Part shown: piece by piece, positions 27,298 through 38,926 of the stretch
How the letters are laid out: the number at the start of each line of letters is the position of its first letter
Numbering within the stretch: the stretch's first letter is position 1
Assembly: GCA_964016885.1 (NCBI GenBank)
Contig: OZ024741.1
Coordinates: 96,596,001-96,660,000 of the forward strand
Direction of reading: 5' to 3'
DNA: 64,000 bases
Origin: Eledone cirrhosa
Lineage: Eukaryota
The notes under the pieces: generated by a model
What the model saw: the letters and a program-made list of their open reading frames with translations, nothing else
What the model was told of the DNA's origin: nothing
Databases searched by the model: none
Program-made: the position numbers and the translations under genes

Positions 27298-29428
27298 CTA
27301 TCCGTTAGGGTATAACGTGGGACTGTAATACAGGAAAGTTTTGTGCAATTTATGTTTACAAGCCGAAATTGCCTCAGATTTTTTGTTTAAGATGTGGTCT
27401 GTGGCGTAGAGTATTTCCAGGGCCTCAGCTGCGCAGAGGTCACGTGGTCTTTTATTTCCGTTATACGATCTAGCCCTAGCTAGGTACTCCCAGTGTAACT
27501 TATATTGGGTGTAGTTGTCTTTTAGACTCCAGATATAAGCTGAAAGTGACGTCATATTCCTTCTTAGAGGGTAACGAAAAGAATGGGTATGCATGTAAAG
27601 ACGCTGCTTGAAACTATTGGCGGTTAACCCTATGTAGGCCCTACGGGACGTGGGTGTTACAACCTTACATTTGTAGACAATGTTACTAGAGAGGCATTTC
27701 CCGGATAGGGGGCAATCAGCCCGATTCCTACAATTACAGTTAGTACTAACTACAGAGTTGCACGTGTTCCTACGGCTAGGTAGTTTAGCTAAATTTGAAG
27801 CTGTGATGTTATGTGCAAGGTTAGGAGTCGTAGAGTAAGACATTTTAGTAGTATTTCTATTAAAATTTTTACTATAATTATGTGTAGGGGGAAAATGCTT
27901 CGTAATAAGGGAAAGAAAGATCTTAGTTAATGGTGTGGCCACCTCCATATTATATGGTGGGTTAAACCAACAAATGCGACGGGATCTATTTCTACCATGT
28001 CTATTTTAGTACTCTGTATATGCTACCTTATCGACAAATCCACTTCGAGCAAGAGCCTCATTGTAATAAGTGGAATGGTCGTTGAAAATGCGCTCGTTGG
28101 TGGAAAGACGGGAAAGCCTCAACGAAACGTTTTTTGCCAGGTTCTTGGTTATGCTGGCAGGATGGTTGGAATGCTTACTTATGTAATTAAGCGTATCATT
28201 CGGCTTTCTATACGGGTAATACAACCCATTCAATAAATTGAGGGTAACGTCGAGGTAATTAACGACCGAGAGATTGGCCTCAACCTGTATAGAGAGGTTG
28301 AAGCCTTTAAAGAAGGCTGTGAGTTCTTTTCTGCACCTGTCGCAAGCACGAGGTCTGCACTTAGTCATGGTCAAAAGACCATCGTCACGGTACAAACCAC
28401 CGCCCGCGTTGGGGAATTCGTCCTTGATAGAGAAAAGAAGGAAAAGGCCAATAAGATCAGTAACCTTCGCAGAGTCACTGGCGCCCATACTCACGTCGAA
28501 TGGGGTACTATTGGATTTTTTAATCCAAATAGAGTCGTCGAAATTAATCACCGACTTTAGGTCATTAAGGATGACATCAACTTCGAAATCCTTAACCACT
28601 GTGAGTGTTTTAGCGAAATTGATAGCTCTAAGGAGAAGTGGTAAAGTGATGGATGGGTAGTAATTGTTGATGTCGAATTGGATAAAACGGCAATGTTCCT
28701 TGTTACATATGCCGTTGAAGCAATCAATCACCGCGAAAGAATTGTTCCACAGTGCAAGAGGGGCCAAACTTCTAATTTCAGGTATAATTCTATCAAGAAT
28801 CGTTTTACTAAGTCTACCTAAATCGGACTTCGTAGGGTTAATAAGCCGAATAGAGGGGTTGTTCGGAAAATTGGATTTGTGATCCTTCAGGGTAAATGTG
28901 GGGAGAGATAGGGTCCAGAGGTTCGGTCCGGTCCAGGATGTTGAGATCAGATGTGATTTTAAAGCCAGCATCGTTGATTTCATTGATGACACACCGATTA
29001 GTTTTACGGTAATCCTTAGTTACAGCATTATGTAGTAGTTGATGGTAAGTACTGCGCTCCACTTGATATAGGTTGCCAGTTTTGTCGGAATAGACGTGCA
29101 TGGCGTTAGAATCCTTAATAGAACGAATTCTATTCTTCAGGTCTTGCTGGAAGGAATTGCTCCTATTCCGAAATTTGATACTCCCAATGAGTTCCAAGAC
29201 ATCATTTTCGAAGGGTAGCAATGCTGGGTTCCACGGAGGGTTATTATAGGTTTTAAATCCAAATTTATCCTGATTGTTGTCTGCTTTTCGCGGATTATTG
29301 AAATAAAAGGCACGCCAACGCAACCTTTTAATGAACGCGTCTGTTTTCTGTATCAGGAGTTTTAGGTATGTTTTCCTGCTTGGTACGGGTATGTTCTTTG
29401 TAGAAGTATTCAGATGTTGTTTCTGCAT
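27298..29428 (-). pseudogene. PLE RT and GIY-YIG endonuclease; one frameshift (near 28890) and one in-frame TAA (28006-28008)
   Basis: STKNIP, DKTGN, RLINP.KSDLG, FIQFDINNYYPSI, MGA.DSA, GLYRDDGL, YLDVTL, WFNPPY, CNCRNRADCPLSGKC, IVYKC..YIGLT..FKQR. Confidence 0.92.
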
Positions 29429-29534
29429 GATGAATATACGTCAGTAGAGTGCTCAACCGAAGGAGCCAAATAGTAATAATAATAAAATAGTAATAATAAT
29501 AAAAAATATATATGTATATATATATATATATTTT

Positions 29535-29945
29535 TTTTTCTCTCTCTCTCGTCTGCGACTTCACAGAACTTATGTTTACCGAATTCGCAGACCAGACCCC
29601 TTCTTCCTCCCGTTAGACCTGTGCGAAATTCCTTCCTTGCTCACATTTCAACCAGGTTTGATGGTCTTTATTCTTTCGTTCACGATTCCACCGGATTTAT
29701 ATTCATAGAAATCTGGGACTTGTTTCTTCTTCATCACTTTCTGTTGCTTAAACCATTTTGTTTGTTTACCCTAGCGTCCCTCTTATTTACGTGTCCCAAC
29801 GACTTTTTTTAGCCGTTGCTCGCACCAACCTGAGGTATATGGCCTTTAATGCGACGAAATGCCTACGACGGTTGGAAGGCCACTGATGAGGACACACTTT
29901 TTCATATGTAACCCATTTGCAGCGCCGCAGCTCCATTATTATCAT
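29535..29945 (+). mobile_element. Family E non-coding element directly upstream of the Naiad ORF
   Basis: Homologous to the reverse complement of 9178-9813; (TA)n on both sides. Confidence 0.75.
29791..29895 (+). ncRNA. Candidate structured RNA motif ending in CUGAUGA (non-canonical, ribozyme-like)
   Basis: Stems GTGTCC/GGACAC, CAACG/CGTTG and TGGCCTT/AAGGCCA, with compensatory changes in the 9675-9778 copy. Confidence 0.5.
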
Positions 29946-29961
29946 ATTTACATATATATAT

Positions 29962-29992
<31 letters not shown>

Positions 29993-30049
29993 CATACCAT
30001 GCATACACGCACGCATTCACACACATGCACACACACACAAACACCCAAT

Positions 30050-30082
<33 letters not shown>

Positions 30083-30731
30083 ATACGATTTGTAATATTC
30101 AGTGACTACCAATTTGTATCACATGATTGAATATTCCACGTTCTCCAATAATTGTAAAGGTATTCAATCTAGTTCAGGAATCTTCCAAACTGACATATGT
30201 GATGTAAATTGAAGCCATATATACATCTCTGTAATTTATCTTTTCTAACTAATTGGAGTATTGACACATTCATGAGATAACTGTTATTGCTTCAGTGTAA
30301 TGTTTACACTATAATTCTGATCAGAATTGCTAGTTCCCTGAGACATTTGTTGAAATCAATCCCCTGTCATAACAAGAACTCGCACAACATTATGTAAGTT
30401 TCGAAAATAAAAATTGAAATAAAATATACCAATATATTTTCGTTGATATGTATGTTATATTCACTGAGGATACCGTTATAGCCTGTTGCGTCTTTATGTT
30501 ATGTTACAACATATCTCCAATTAAATTAAAAAATAATGATCTCTATTATAAATGTTAGAATGACAGCTGCTATCCATTAAAGTACCTCGAACATCAAAAT
30601 CTTTAACAGTCTGCAATTCGGGATTAGTTTCAAATTTGATAAACTCTTCTATCAGTCTCGGAGGCCTGGAAGAATTTAATGGTCATGAACACTGGATCCC
30701 ACCATATTCTGATTAAAATGGTACACAAATA

Positions 30732-30913
30732 ATAATTGTTTCTACTTTAGGCACAAGGCCAGCAAATTACCCAGTGCATTACTGGTACTTTATTTTATCG
30801 ACCCCGTAAGGATGAAAGGCAAAGTCAACCTCGGCGGGATTTGAACTCAGATCGTAAAGGGACGTAACTATGCTGGAAAGCATGGCATCCGACCCTCTAC
30901 CGATACTGCCAAA
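30732..30913 (-). mobile_element. SINE, full length
   Basis: Head, B box, core and tail on the minus strand. Confidence 0.92.
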
Positions 30914-31559
30914 TACTCATTGCTACTATCTATTGCAACACACTGCATTAGTACCAACGTTATGTGAACCAGCGTGGGTGCCACACAACAGGCCCAGTTG
31001 ACGCAGTAGATAAGTCAAGAAAAGTGCTCTTATATCACACAAGATTAAATAAACGTAGATAACCAAATAAACCCTGATAACCAATCACGAGATCTCAACT
31101 ACAACATCAACCATTAGAGTTCTATTAGATCTTGGGTGAGATGAAGGTAAACATACCCACTACCACTCCGCACGTCCTGTAACCACCACCACCAACAATG
31201 ACAACACAGTAATGCATAATGTCTAACAAAACACCAGCCATGTCCGTGCAACCATTTTTAGAAGTGTGTAGGGCTATATTACCAAGCTTCTTTATTTCTT
31301 GTAACACTGTAAGTTTGAGAAATATTTAGCTATTAAATTTAGAAGGTATAACGCGTACGTAGAAAATTCATTGTTGGCTATAAGACGTCACCGTCTATAT
31401 TGGCGTGATCTCAAACAGAGAACAAATAACTTCATTAACTGACAATACAAGTATCACAAGCACCATTAATGACTTTCAACTAAATCGGTCGGCAATATGT
31501 TTACTTGAACAGCTAAATCGCCATACTTGTAATTTCACCTAGCTTTAAAATAAAAAGCG

Positions 31560-32275
31560 ATACTTTAGAGCGGACCGGTCAAGTTCTTCTTGTGGGAGGG
31601 ACAGGTCTCACTGCTAATCTGCTACCAACATGTTTTCCGCGGGGGACTGCGCAGAACGACGAAACCGCTCTGCTCACAATCTTCCGAGCATTGCTAATGT
31701 GTGTAATGTTTGTCGAAAAAGAATTGTCACGTGTGGGACTGATCAGCATTCGGCCAAGTTCACCGTCAAGATCGCGCCGCCACCTTTTGGCTAGGAAGAA
31801 TAGGCAGCTTTTCTCGGTTTGGTGGTCGTAACAGCGAAAGATGTGTGGTGAGGTCGACTGAAAGAACCAAAGACAGGCACTTTTCTTTTCAGTCAAGCTC
31901 TCATCAAATCTTTCAAGTTCCACTTGGTAAGGAACGTTAGGGTCGACAAGAACATTTGGTAAAAATTGGATAAATATAGCAAGGATAGCTGCAGTGAATG
32001 GGCCTTCTCTAAGCATGCAATGTAGGCTGGAGAGTTCAGATATGAGCGATGCATCTTCTTAGGGTGCTCTTGACGATTAGAGTGGTTTTGGCTCTGTGGA
32101 GTCCCCGAATTATCTCTGGCTGATGCTCTCCCTATCATAGAATTCTGTTGTTAATTTTTTATTTTTTATTATTTTTTGTTTCCCTATTTTACACATTTTA
32201 TGTACCCCACCCGTTGTCCCTGTTCTTCTGTATTTGTCTTTATATTCCGGCTCTAGTGGCCAATAAAGCAACAAT
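31560..32275 (+). mobile_element. Tx1-clade 3' fragment, decayed
   Basis: Similar to the ORF2 C-terminus of copies 1 and 2 (CAQNDET, FFKFHL); 3' end GTGGCCAATAAAG. Confidence 0.75.
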
Positions 32276-32296
32276 TAATTAATTCTACTTTACTCA

Positions 32297-32507
32297 ATTG
32301 TTTTTACTTTAGGCACAAGGGCAGAAAGTTGAAAGAGGAGGGAAAGTCCATTACATCGACCTAGTGCATTACTGGTGCTTTATTTTATCGTAAGGATGAA
32401 AGGCAAAGCTAACCACGGCGTGATTTAAACTCAGAACGGAAAGTCCCATAACTCTATGCTGCAAAGTATGGCGTCCGACCCTCTACCGACACTGCCAATC
32501 CACCGCC
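32297..32507 (-). mobile_element. SINE, full length, subfamily with the extra internal segment
   Basis: GGCGGTGGATTGGCAGTGTCGGTAG head, core and tail. Confidence 0.88.
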
Positions 32508-32514
32508 AATATAC

Positions 32515-32566
<52 letters not shown>

Positions 32567-32808
32567 TTTTCTTTATTAACCACAAGGGTTCACATAAAGT
32601 AGACATTAAGGACAGTACAGGACAATACAGGACGGTACAAATGGGCATTTCTGCGTGTAAAAAAACAGAGGTTGAAATAAAATAACAAAGAAAAATTCCC
32701 CAAAAGGGGGGAGACTTCCAAGGGACATTTGTGGAGAAAGCCCATTAAAAGACCACAGTGGCCCTGACCACCAGGGCAAGTGCCCTCTCCCAGTTTTCCA
32801 CCTTTAAT

Positions 32809-35800
32809 TTACAGACACATACTCAGAGAAGGCCCATTCATTCGGGCCATACTTGCTTCTCTCACCCATCTTTCAACAAAATGCTGGGAAGAGAGCACTT
32901 CCCTCTCTACCCTGATTTTCCTTTTCAAATGAAATTTGAAAAAGTTAATCAGGGCATCACCGAAGAGGTAAGTGCTCGTCTTCAGCCCTTTCAAACGTGT
33001 CCACCATACTATCTCTTTCGCCATGGCCACCAGACAGATAAAAACTGCCTGCCCTTCCAGGCTAAAGGAAGGGGGCGGGGCAATCCTCACGATGGACTCA
33101 GCTGATAGCTGGATCCGTCCTACACGTGACAGCAGATGTTCGACATAAACCCACAAGTCAGAAATGCTCGGACACTGGACGAGTACGTGCAGGACGGTTT
33201 CGTCGCCCTGCGCGCATCTCGGACATGCCCGGCTGACGGCACCTCCATGCCTGTAGAGTTTATCCCGAACTGGCAAAGCTCCTCGGTAGCACTGCCAGGC
33301 CAGGGATTTCTGGAAGTTGTCCATAGGCCCCGGCCCGAAAGTCCTTCCGAAGAGATTGGCTAGTTGATTTTCGTCGACGCCTAGAGTTTCTCCAAGTACG
33401 TCGTCGCTCTTCCCCTCCACTAATCCCCTATAGAACGCCAAGGTGGAGTTTCCACCGATCACATTGCCCGATTGGTCGAGGGCTGTGAGCGCCTGAAGAC
33501 ATTCCAGTCTCCAAGCGCTCCCTCTCGGTCTTCGCTTGACCCAGGACTGCAGCTCCGTCAAGGAGACGAGCTGGGGAAAAACGTGTCTTGCAAACGGCGA
33601 CCACACCTGATCACCGTCGAGGAAGAGGTGGAGATGTTGTAGCCTGAGCGCGTGTCTGCGCATCATCAGCCACGGCATGCCCAGCCCTCCACGTAGCGGG
33701 TGTTGACAGCAGATGGACCGCCTGACCATCGGAGCGCGTCCCTTCCACAAGAAGCGAAAGAGCAAACGCTCCAGCGCAGTCAGGCGGGGCTTAGGACAAG
33801 GTACGACGGTCAGGCGGTAGTAGATGACGGATGCGATGTACGCATTCGCCACCTCCGCTCGACCTTTCAGGGATAGCTTCCTCTCGGCCCATTTCTGGGT
33901 GAGAGAAGCCACCCTGCTCGTCACCTCGTCCCAGTTTTTGTCCGTCTGGAGGTCTGGACCGAACCAGACCCCTAGCAATTTAACCGGTCCGTCCGTCCAG
34001 CGCCCGACGACGCTGTTGGACGGCATGGACCTGCCTCTCCAGGTGCCGAGCTGCAGGCCCACTGACTTTTCCTGGTTGATCATTGCTCCTGTCACCGCTT
34101 CGTATTCTCTTAGTGTAGTGCCGATTGCCTCGATGTGTTTGGCGTTCGACACCACTACGGTGACATCGTCGGCATATGCTGACACGGATCTTCCGCATCC
34201 TAGTTCGCGCGGGACCCCCCTCAACGTCTCCAGTTTGTGCAGTAATGGCTCGAGAGTCAATACGTACAATAGGGACGAGAGGGGACATCCTTGGCGGACC
34301 GAGCGCATGATGTTGAACGGTTCCGAAAGGTGACCGTTCACTCTCACTACAGAGCAGATGTCGCTGTGCATGACAGCGATCTGAAGACGGGCCCAAAGCC
34401 AGCCGCCCTCAGGACTGCCGTTAGGTAACGATGGTCGACGCTATAGAAGGCTTTCGACTGATCTAAATTGATCAAAGACCCACCCGTGCCAGGTTCCCTA
34501 GCTACCCTCTCTACGATGTATCGCATGAGGTGGAGGTTGTCGTGGATAGATCTGTCGGGAATGGCGCATGTCTGTGCCTCTCCCACCAGACCACCAACGA
34601 CAAGCGCCAACCTCTTTGCTAGCACCTTGGCCAAAATCTTGAACTCTGTGTTTAGCAGAGTTATGGGCCTAAAATTATCTATGTTATCCCCCTTGTTCGG
34701 ATCCTTTCTCAGTAGCGCCACCGCTCCTCGGCTCACAGACCTGGGAATTCTCCCGTTCTGTTGCCAGTTGCAGTAGACGTCCGCCAAGAGGCCTCCGAAC
34801 AAGTTTGGCATTTGTACGTAAAGTTCATAGGGCAGACCATCCAAACCAGGCGATTTACCCCTTGTGCAACTAGTCATTGCATCCCGTACTTCAGCGGTTG
34901 TTATCGGCTTTTCGCAACACTCCGCCTCAGTGGCCGAAAGCCGCGGCTGTCCGTCGAGGTAGACACTAAAGTCCATCCCTCGATCCGGCCCGCCACTGCC
35001 CCCGAACAGTTGAGCGAAGTGTCGCTGAAAAGCTTCACACATTTGCCCGGGATCGAGTAGCATGCGCCCGTCGTGGTCCACCAAAGACCGGATCGTGGCT
35101 TTGTTGCCACGACGCGCCTCCGCCACTCGGGCCCATTGAACGGCTTTCGTCCCCTCGTGTCTGAGAGCACGCATCCTAGCTCTGACAACGCAGCCTTCGT
35201 GCTTTGCATTGAAGAATTGGTCAAGGGCCAATTTCGCCGCAAGTACGTCGGTCGCGATGCCTTTGCTAAGCGCCTCATCTAATTTTCTAACTAATTCTCC
35301 CTCTGCTCTATTTTTCTCTATTGCTAAAGTCTTACTAAACCTAATGGACTCTATTCTAATTGCTCTTTTCAGAGCAAACCACCACTTGTTGTTGACGATG
35401 GCCCCCGTCAACGCCCGCTTAACTAGTTCGCTAATCCGGTCTCTGTAGGCCTTGCGCGCTGGTAAGGACGCGTTTAACTTCCAGTAGCCGGGTCCTCGTC
35501 TATGAAGCCTATCTAAGTCAAGCACACAGATCACGAATTTGTGGTCCGTGTAGCTTACTATCTTGAATTGTGGACAGCCTATGCTAGACCTATCTATTTC
35601 CCTACAAAATACTCTATCTAGATATGATCTGGATGACCCTTTGCGATTTGTCCAAGTCCACATTGGTACATTCGGGAAATCCATTCGGTACCTGTCAGAC
35701 AGTTCAAAACGTCTGAGCAGGTTGGTGAGACTCTTGCACCCTCCTTCCCTATCCACTAATCCCACACAATCCCAGCGTGCATCTAAGATCCCGTTCCAGT

Positions 35801-36221
35801 CGCCCACTAACACTAAAGAGCGGGACGTTCCAAGAAAGGTCTCCAGACGCCGGAAGAAATCAGGCCGCCCTGCTCCTGTCGGGGCATAGACGGCCACTAA
35901 CCTGAAAGCTTGCCCGTCTCCGCTGGTCACGTCCAGCACCACCAACTTACCTTCTGGGTCCAGGAAGATGGCCCGTATGGCAAGATCCAAACCTCTCCGA
36001 AAAAGCACAGCAACTCCTCCCCCCGATCCCGGACGGCTGGGAGATGCGTACACATCGTAGCCGCCGAAGATCGGTGCGAAAGCCTGTGCTTCGGAGATTC
36101 TGGTCTCGCTGATGGCCACTACATCTATGTTTAGTGACCTGAGGTCGTTGAGCAGGTGGCCCTGCTTCCATGACGACCCCAAGCCACGCGCATTTATGCT
36201 GCCTATTCTGAGTGAGGTCAT
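32809..36221 (-). pseudogene. Tx1 ORF2 (APE, RT, Cys-rich C-terminus), broken by one small deletion near 34380
   Basis: ORFs 34347..36221 and 32809..34371: GSINARGL, SET, GDWN, YLDR, TDH, KSPGLDG, FRPITLLN, LDQSKAF, QGCPLS, YADD, CPRC..H....C. Confidence 0.96.
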
Positions 36222-36259
36222 GTTGAAAAGGAGTGGAAAAGATGGGAAAGACCACTTAC
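36208..36259 (-). other. Candidate 52-nt intron joining ORF1 to ORF2 in frame
   Basis: AG|GTAAGT..pyrimidine tract..CTCAG|A; the spliced codon AGA is in the ORF2 frame. Confidence 0.5.
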
Positions 36260-38114
36260 CTTACTTCTCGTAGGGGAAGGACGGTTTTTCCATCCTTTTC
36301 ACTGCTTGTGGCCTCCTCAGGAAGGATGTCCTTATAAATCCTCCTGGAGAGTGCTTGTCGGAAGTCTCCGATGTCTTTGGGGAATTTTTGTTTTAGTGTC
36401 ATGTACGTTTTCTGTGTGATGCGAGTGATTTGTATGTGTGGAGGTGGTGTGAATTTTGGGGTTGTTGTGTAGTCTTTTTCTGTGATGCTGGTGTTGTGTT
36501 GGATGTAGTGCAATAATTGCTTGTTGTTCAAATTTAATGCTGTGTAGTGTGTATCGTTTTGGTTGTTTTGTTTTGTTTGCGTTTGTTGTGGGTTTGCTTC
36601 TGTTTCGCATTTTGGTGACTTTTGTGGTGTAGGTGATGGTGGTGTTGGAGTTAATGATGGTGATGGTGTTGGTGTTTGGGTTGATGGGGTTGGTGATGCT
36701 GGTGTGGATGGTGGCATATCTGTCCTAACTTTTTTGTTTCTTAGTTTATTTGTTTCCCTCTGTATTTTGTTTTTGGAGGGGGAAGGAAGAGAATTTTTTC
36801 TTTTTTGGTTTCTTTTTTTTTTCCGGATATCGTTTCCCACTCCTCGTCGTCACAATCTGTCTCCAGTTGTGATAGGCCGGGGAGTGGAAAATCCTCCACA
36901 GCCGTTAGTTTTGGTTGTGGTGTGGTGGATGGTGTAGGCGCTGGTGCTAGTTCTGAAGCGTTGGGTGGTGGTGGTGTTGGTTTTGCTGGTGGTGGTAGTG
37001 GTGTTGGTTTTGCTACTGTTGCTGGGGTTGTTGCTGTTATAGTTGCTTCTGTTGTTGCTGCTACAGTTGTTGCTGGCATCTCTGCTACTGGTGGTGTTGA
37101 TGGTTGTGTCACTGGGGTGGGTAGGAGAGGTGGCCTCAACCTTTTTGCCTGAGGGCAGAAAGCCCTTAGGTGGGTTCCTTCACCACAAACGACACACCTA
37201 GGTCTTCTGCCCTCGACAATTACCGTGAGGTGGCTGCCGTCAGTGAGGTCTATTACCTCTGGGATCTCCTCAATGCTTTTTTGGTCCGCTTGGATCAGGA
37301 GCTCCATCCCAGATCCGGACCAGTTTTACTGCTTTTCTTTTGCTATTGTTATTATTTTCGTGTTGGCCTCGATGCCGGCGATGACAGCCGCTATTAGCCA
37401 GGGAATTTCGATGGCCGGTGGAACGTGGGTCACCCTGATCTTTACGAGTCTCTGGCCACGATAGCTTGGGACGAGTGTGAAGTCGTCACTTTTTAATGGG
37501 GCCATGGAGTGTTCTCTAGCCTCCTCTGGTGTTTCAAAGAACACATCCACGGTTCCATACTTTTGCCCACGTCCGATGTGGGTTTTTCTTGCCCACACAT
37601 GTCCCAAAGCTTTTTGGATTTGGGACTCGGATGCCCGTTCCACTCGGCGCGATTTTACATTTATTGTTCTATACGACACGGTGCACAGGCGCCGATGCTC
37701 CATTTTATTAGGTGGGGTGGGGGGTGGGGGGTGGGGGGGTGAGGCTGACCCTGTACCCATCTTTCTTTACCATTTGTTTGGCATTTTCTAAATCTGCTTG
37801 AGTTACCGTGAACGCTTCGAATTGTTTTGCTACGATGGCGAAACTGATGGTCGGTTTTATAATGTCATTGTTGTTGTTGTTGCTATCGTTATTTGTGTTA
37901 ATCTTAATTTTTGTTTCAGTTGTGGTTGTGGTGACGTCATTCGTCTTTGGTGCGGAAGAGTCCATTTTGCTTGATTTCATTTCGACATCACGAGTTAATT
38001 TAATTTTTTCTTCTTTTGTTTCTGTTGTCGCGGTGGTGGTGGGGGTGGTGGTTGTCGCGGTGGTGGTGGTGGTGGAGGCTTTAACACCTGCAGTCATTGG
38101 TAATGGCGGGAAAT
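36256..38114 (-). pseudogene. Tx1 ORF1 (gag-like, CCHC knuckle, Pro/Thr-rich linker); frameshifts at homopolymer runs and one stop
   Basis: CVVCGEGTHLRAFC; pieces 37708..38133, 37326..37760, 36741..37307 and 36256..36840. The start position is approximate. Confidence 0.85.
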
Positions 38115-38475
38115 GAATGTCTGCCTGAGACAAATTTAAAATATTGCTACTGCTTATATTTTTTTTGTGTTGGCAAACGTAGTAACATTTACAATGGTGG
38201 TGTCGGTGTGAGGTGTTATTTTGTGAGGAAGGCTTTCAGCTGCTTCGTGCAGAGGGGAATTAGCCATTTTTTTTCAAAGAAATTTTTGGATAATAATAAA
38301 AGTTAAAATTTTGGGCACAAGGCCCCAATCTTTTTGGGTGCCCTTTTCGGAAAACAATGTATGTGTGCTTATAAACAGTTAACAATAAAATTTTCCATAA
38401 ATGGCAATTTTTAACAAACGGAAATAACGAACCTTTGCGGAGCTCACGATGATACGATTTACTACGTAGGTCGCC

Positions 38476-38508
<33 letters not shown>

Positions 38509-38926
38509 TTTAAAAATAATATAATATATGAAAAGAAACAGACGATAACGGCGTTTCATGTCTTCTCATTAAACAAATGTTTATTTTGATTTTAATTGAA
38601 GTTATATGAATTAAAATAGCGGTGACAGACTTTAGAATTGGAATGATGTCAAAATAACGTAGATTCATATTAGAGGTTATTGGGGTTTTATGAATAGAGT
38701 AGAATGTGGAGAGAATAGAGGGTGAAAGTGAGAGAGGGGGTAATTTCAATAAAGTGAACGTTTTTATTCATTGCAAACATGAATCTTATCTATAATAGAC
38801 AGCTTAATTTAATAGCAATTTGCAGGGGCTAACTATCTGGTTATCAACAGTCTGTACAATTTTCTCTTGTCTATTTTATCTATCTATCTTTTTATTTCTC
38901 TCTTTCTCTCTCCATATATATATATA

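Larger units (their letters stand above)
26303..29500 (-). mobile_element. Penelope-like retroelement, Naiad-type, near full length with about 1 kb 3' region
   Basis: RT plus C-terminal GIY-YIG ORF. The 3' terminus is shared with the 2189 and 62365 copies; (TA)n flanks. Confidence 0.9.
32566..38476 (-). mobile_element. Tx1-clade non-LTR retrotransposon (copy 2), apparently full length and relatively young
   Basis: 5' UTR, ORF1, ORF2 and 3' end CCCTTGTGGTTAATAAAGAAAAC; (TAA)n on both sides (32517-32564 and 38476-38507). Confidence 0.96.

Noticed and set aside
27298-29428. Selenocysteine recoding, which is reported for some Naiad elements
   Set aside because: The in-frame stop at 28006-28008 is TAA, not TGA, and the CxC..C..C cysteines are ordinary Cys codons.
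37711-37741. G-run tract as a regulatory G-quadruplex
   Set aside because: It is the complement of a poly-Pro-coding stretch in ORF1, absent from copy 1, and coincides with a probable homopolymer frameshift.
19238-38116. Plus-strand ORFs antisense to the Tx1 and PLE coding regions
   Set aside because: Shadow frames of GC-richer coding sequence with no recognisable motifs.
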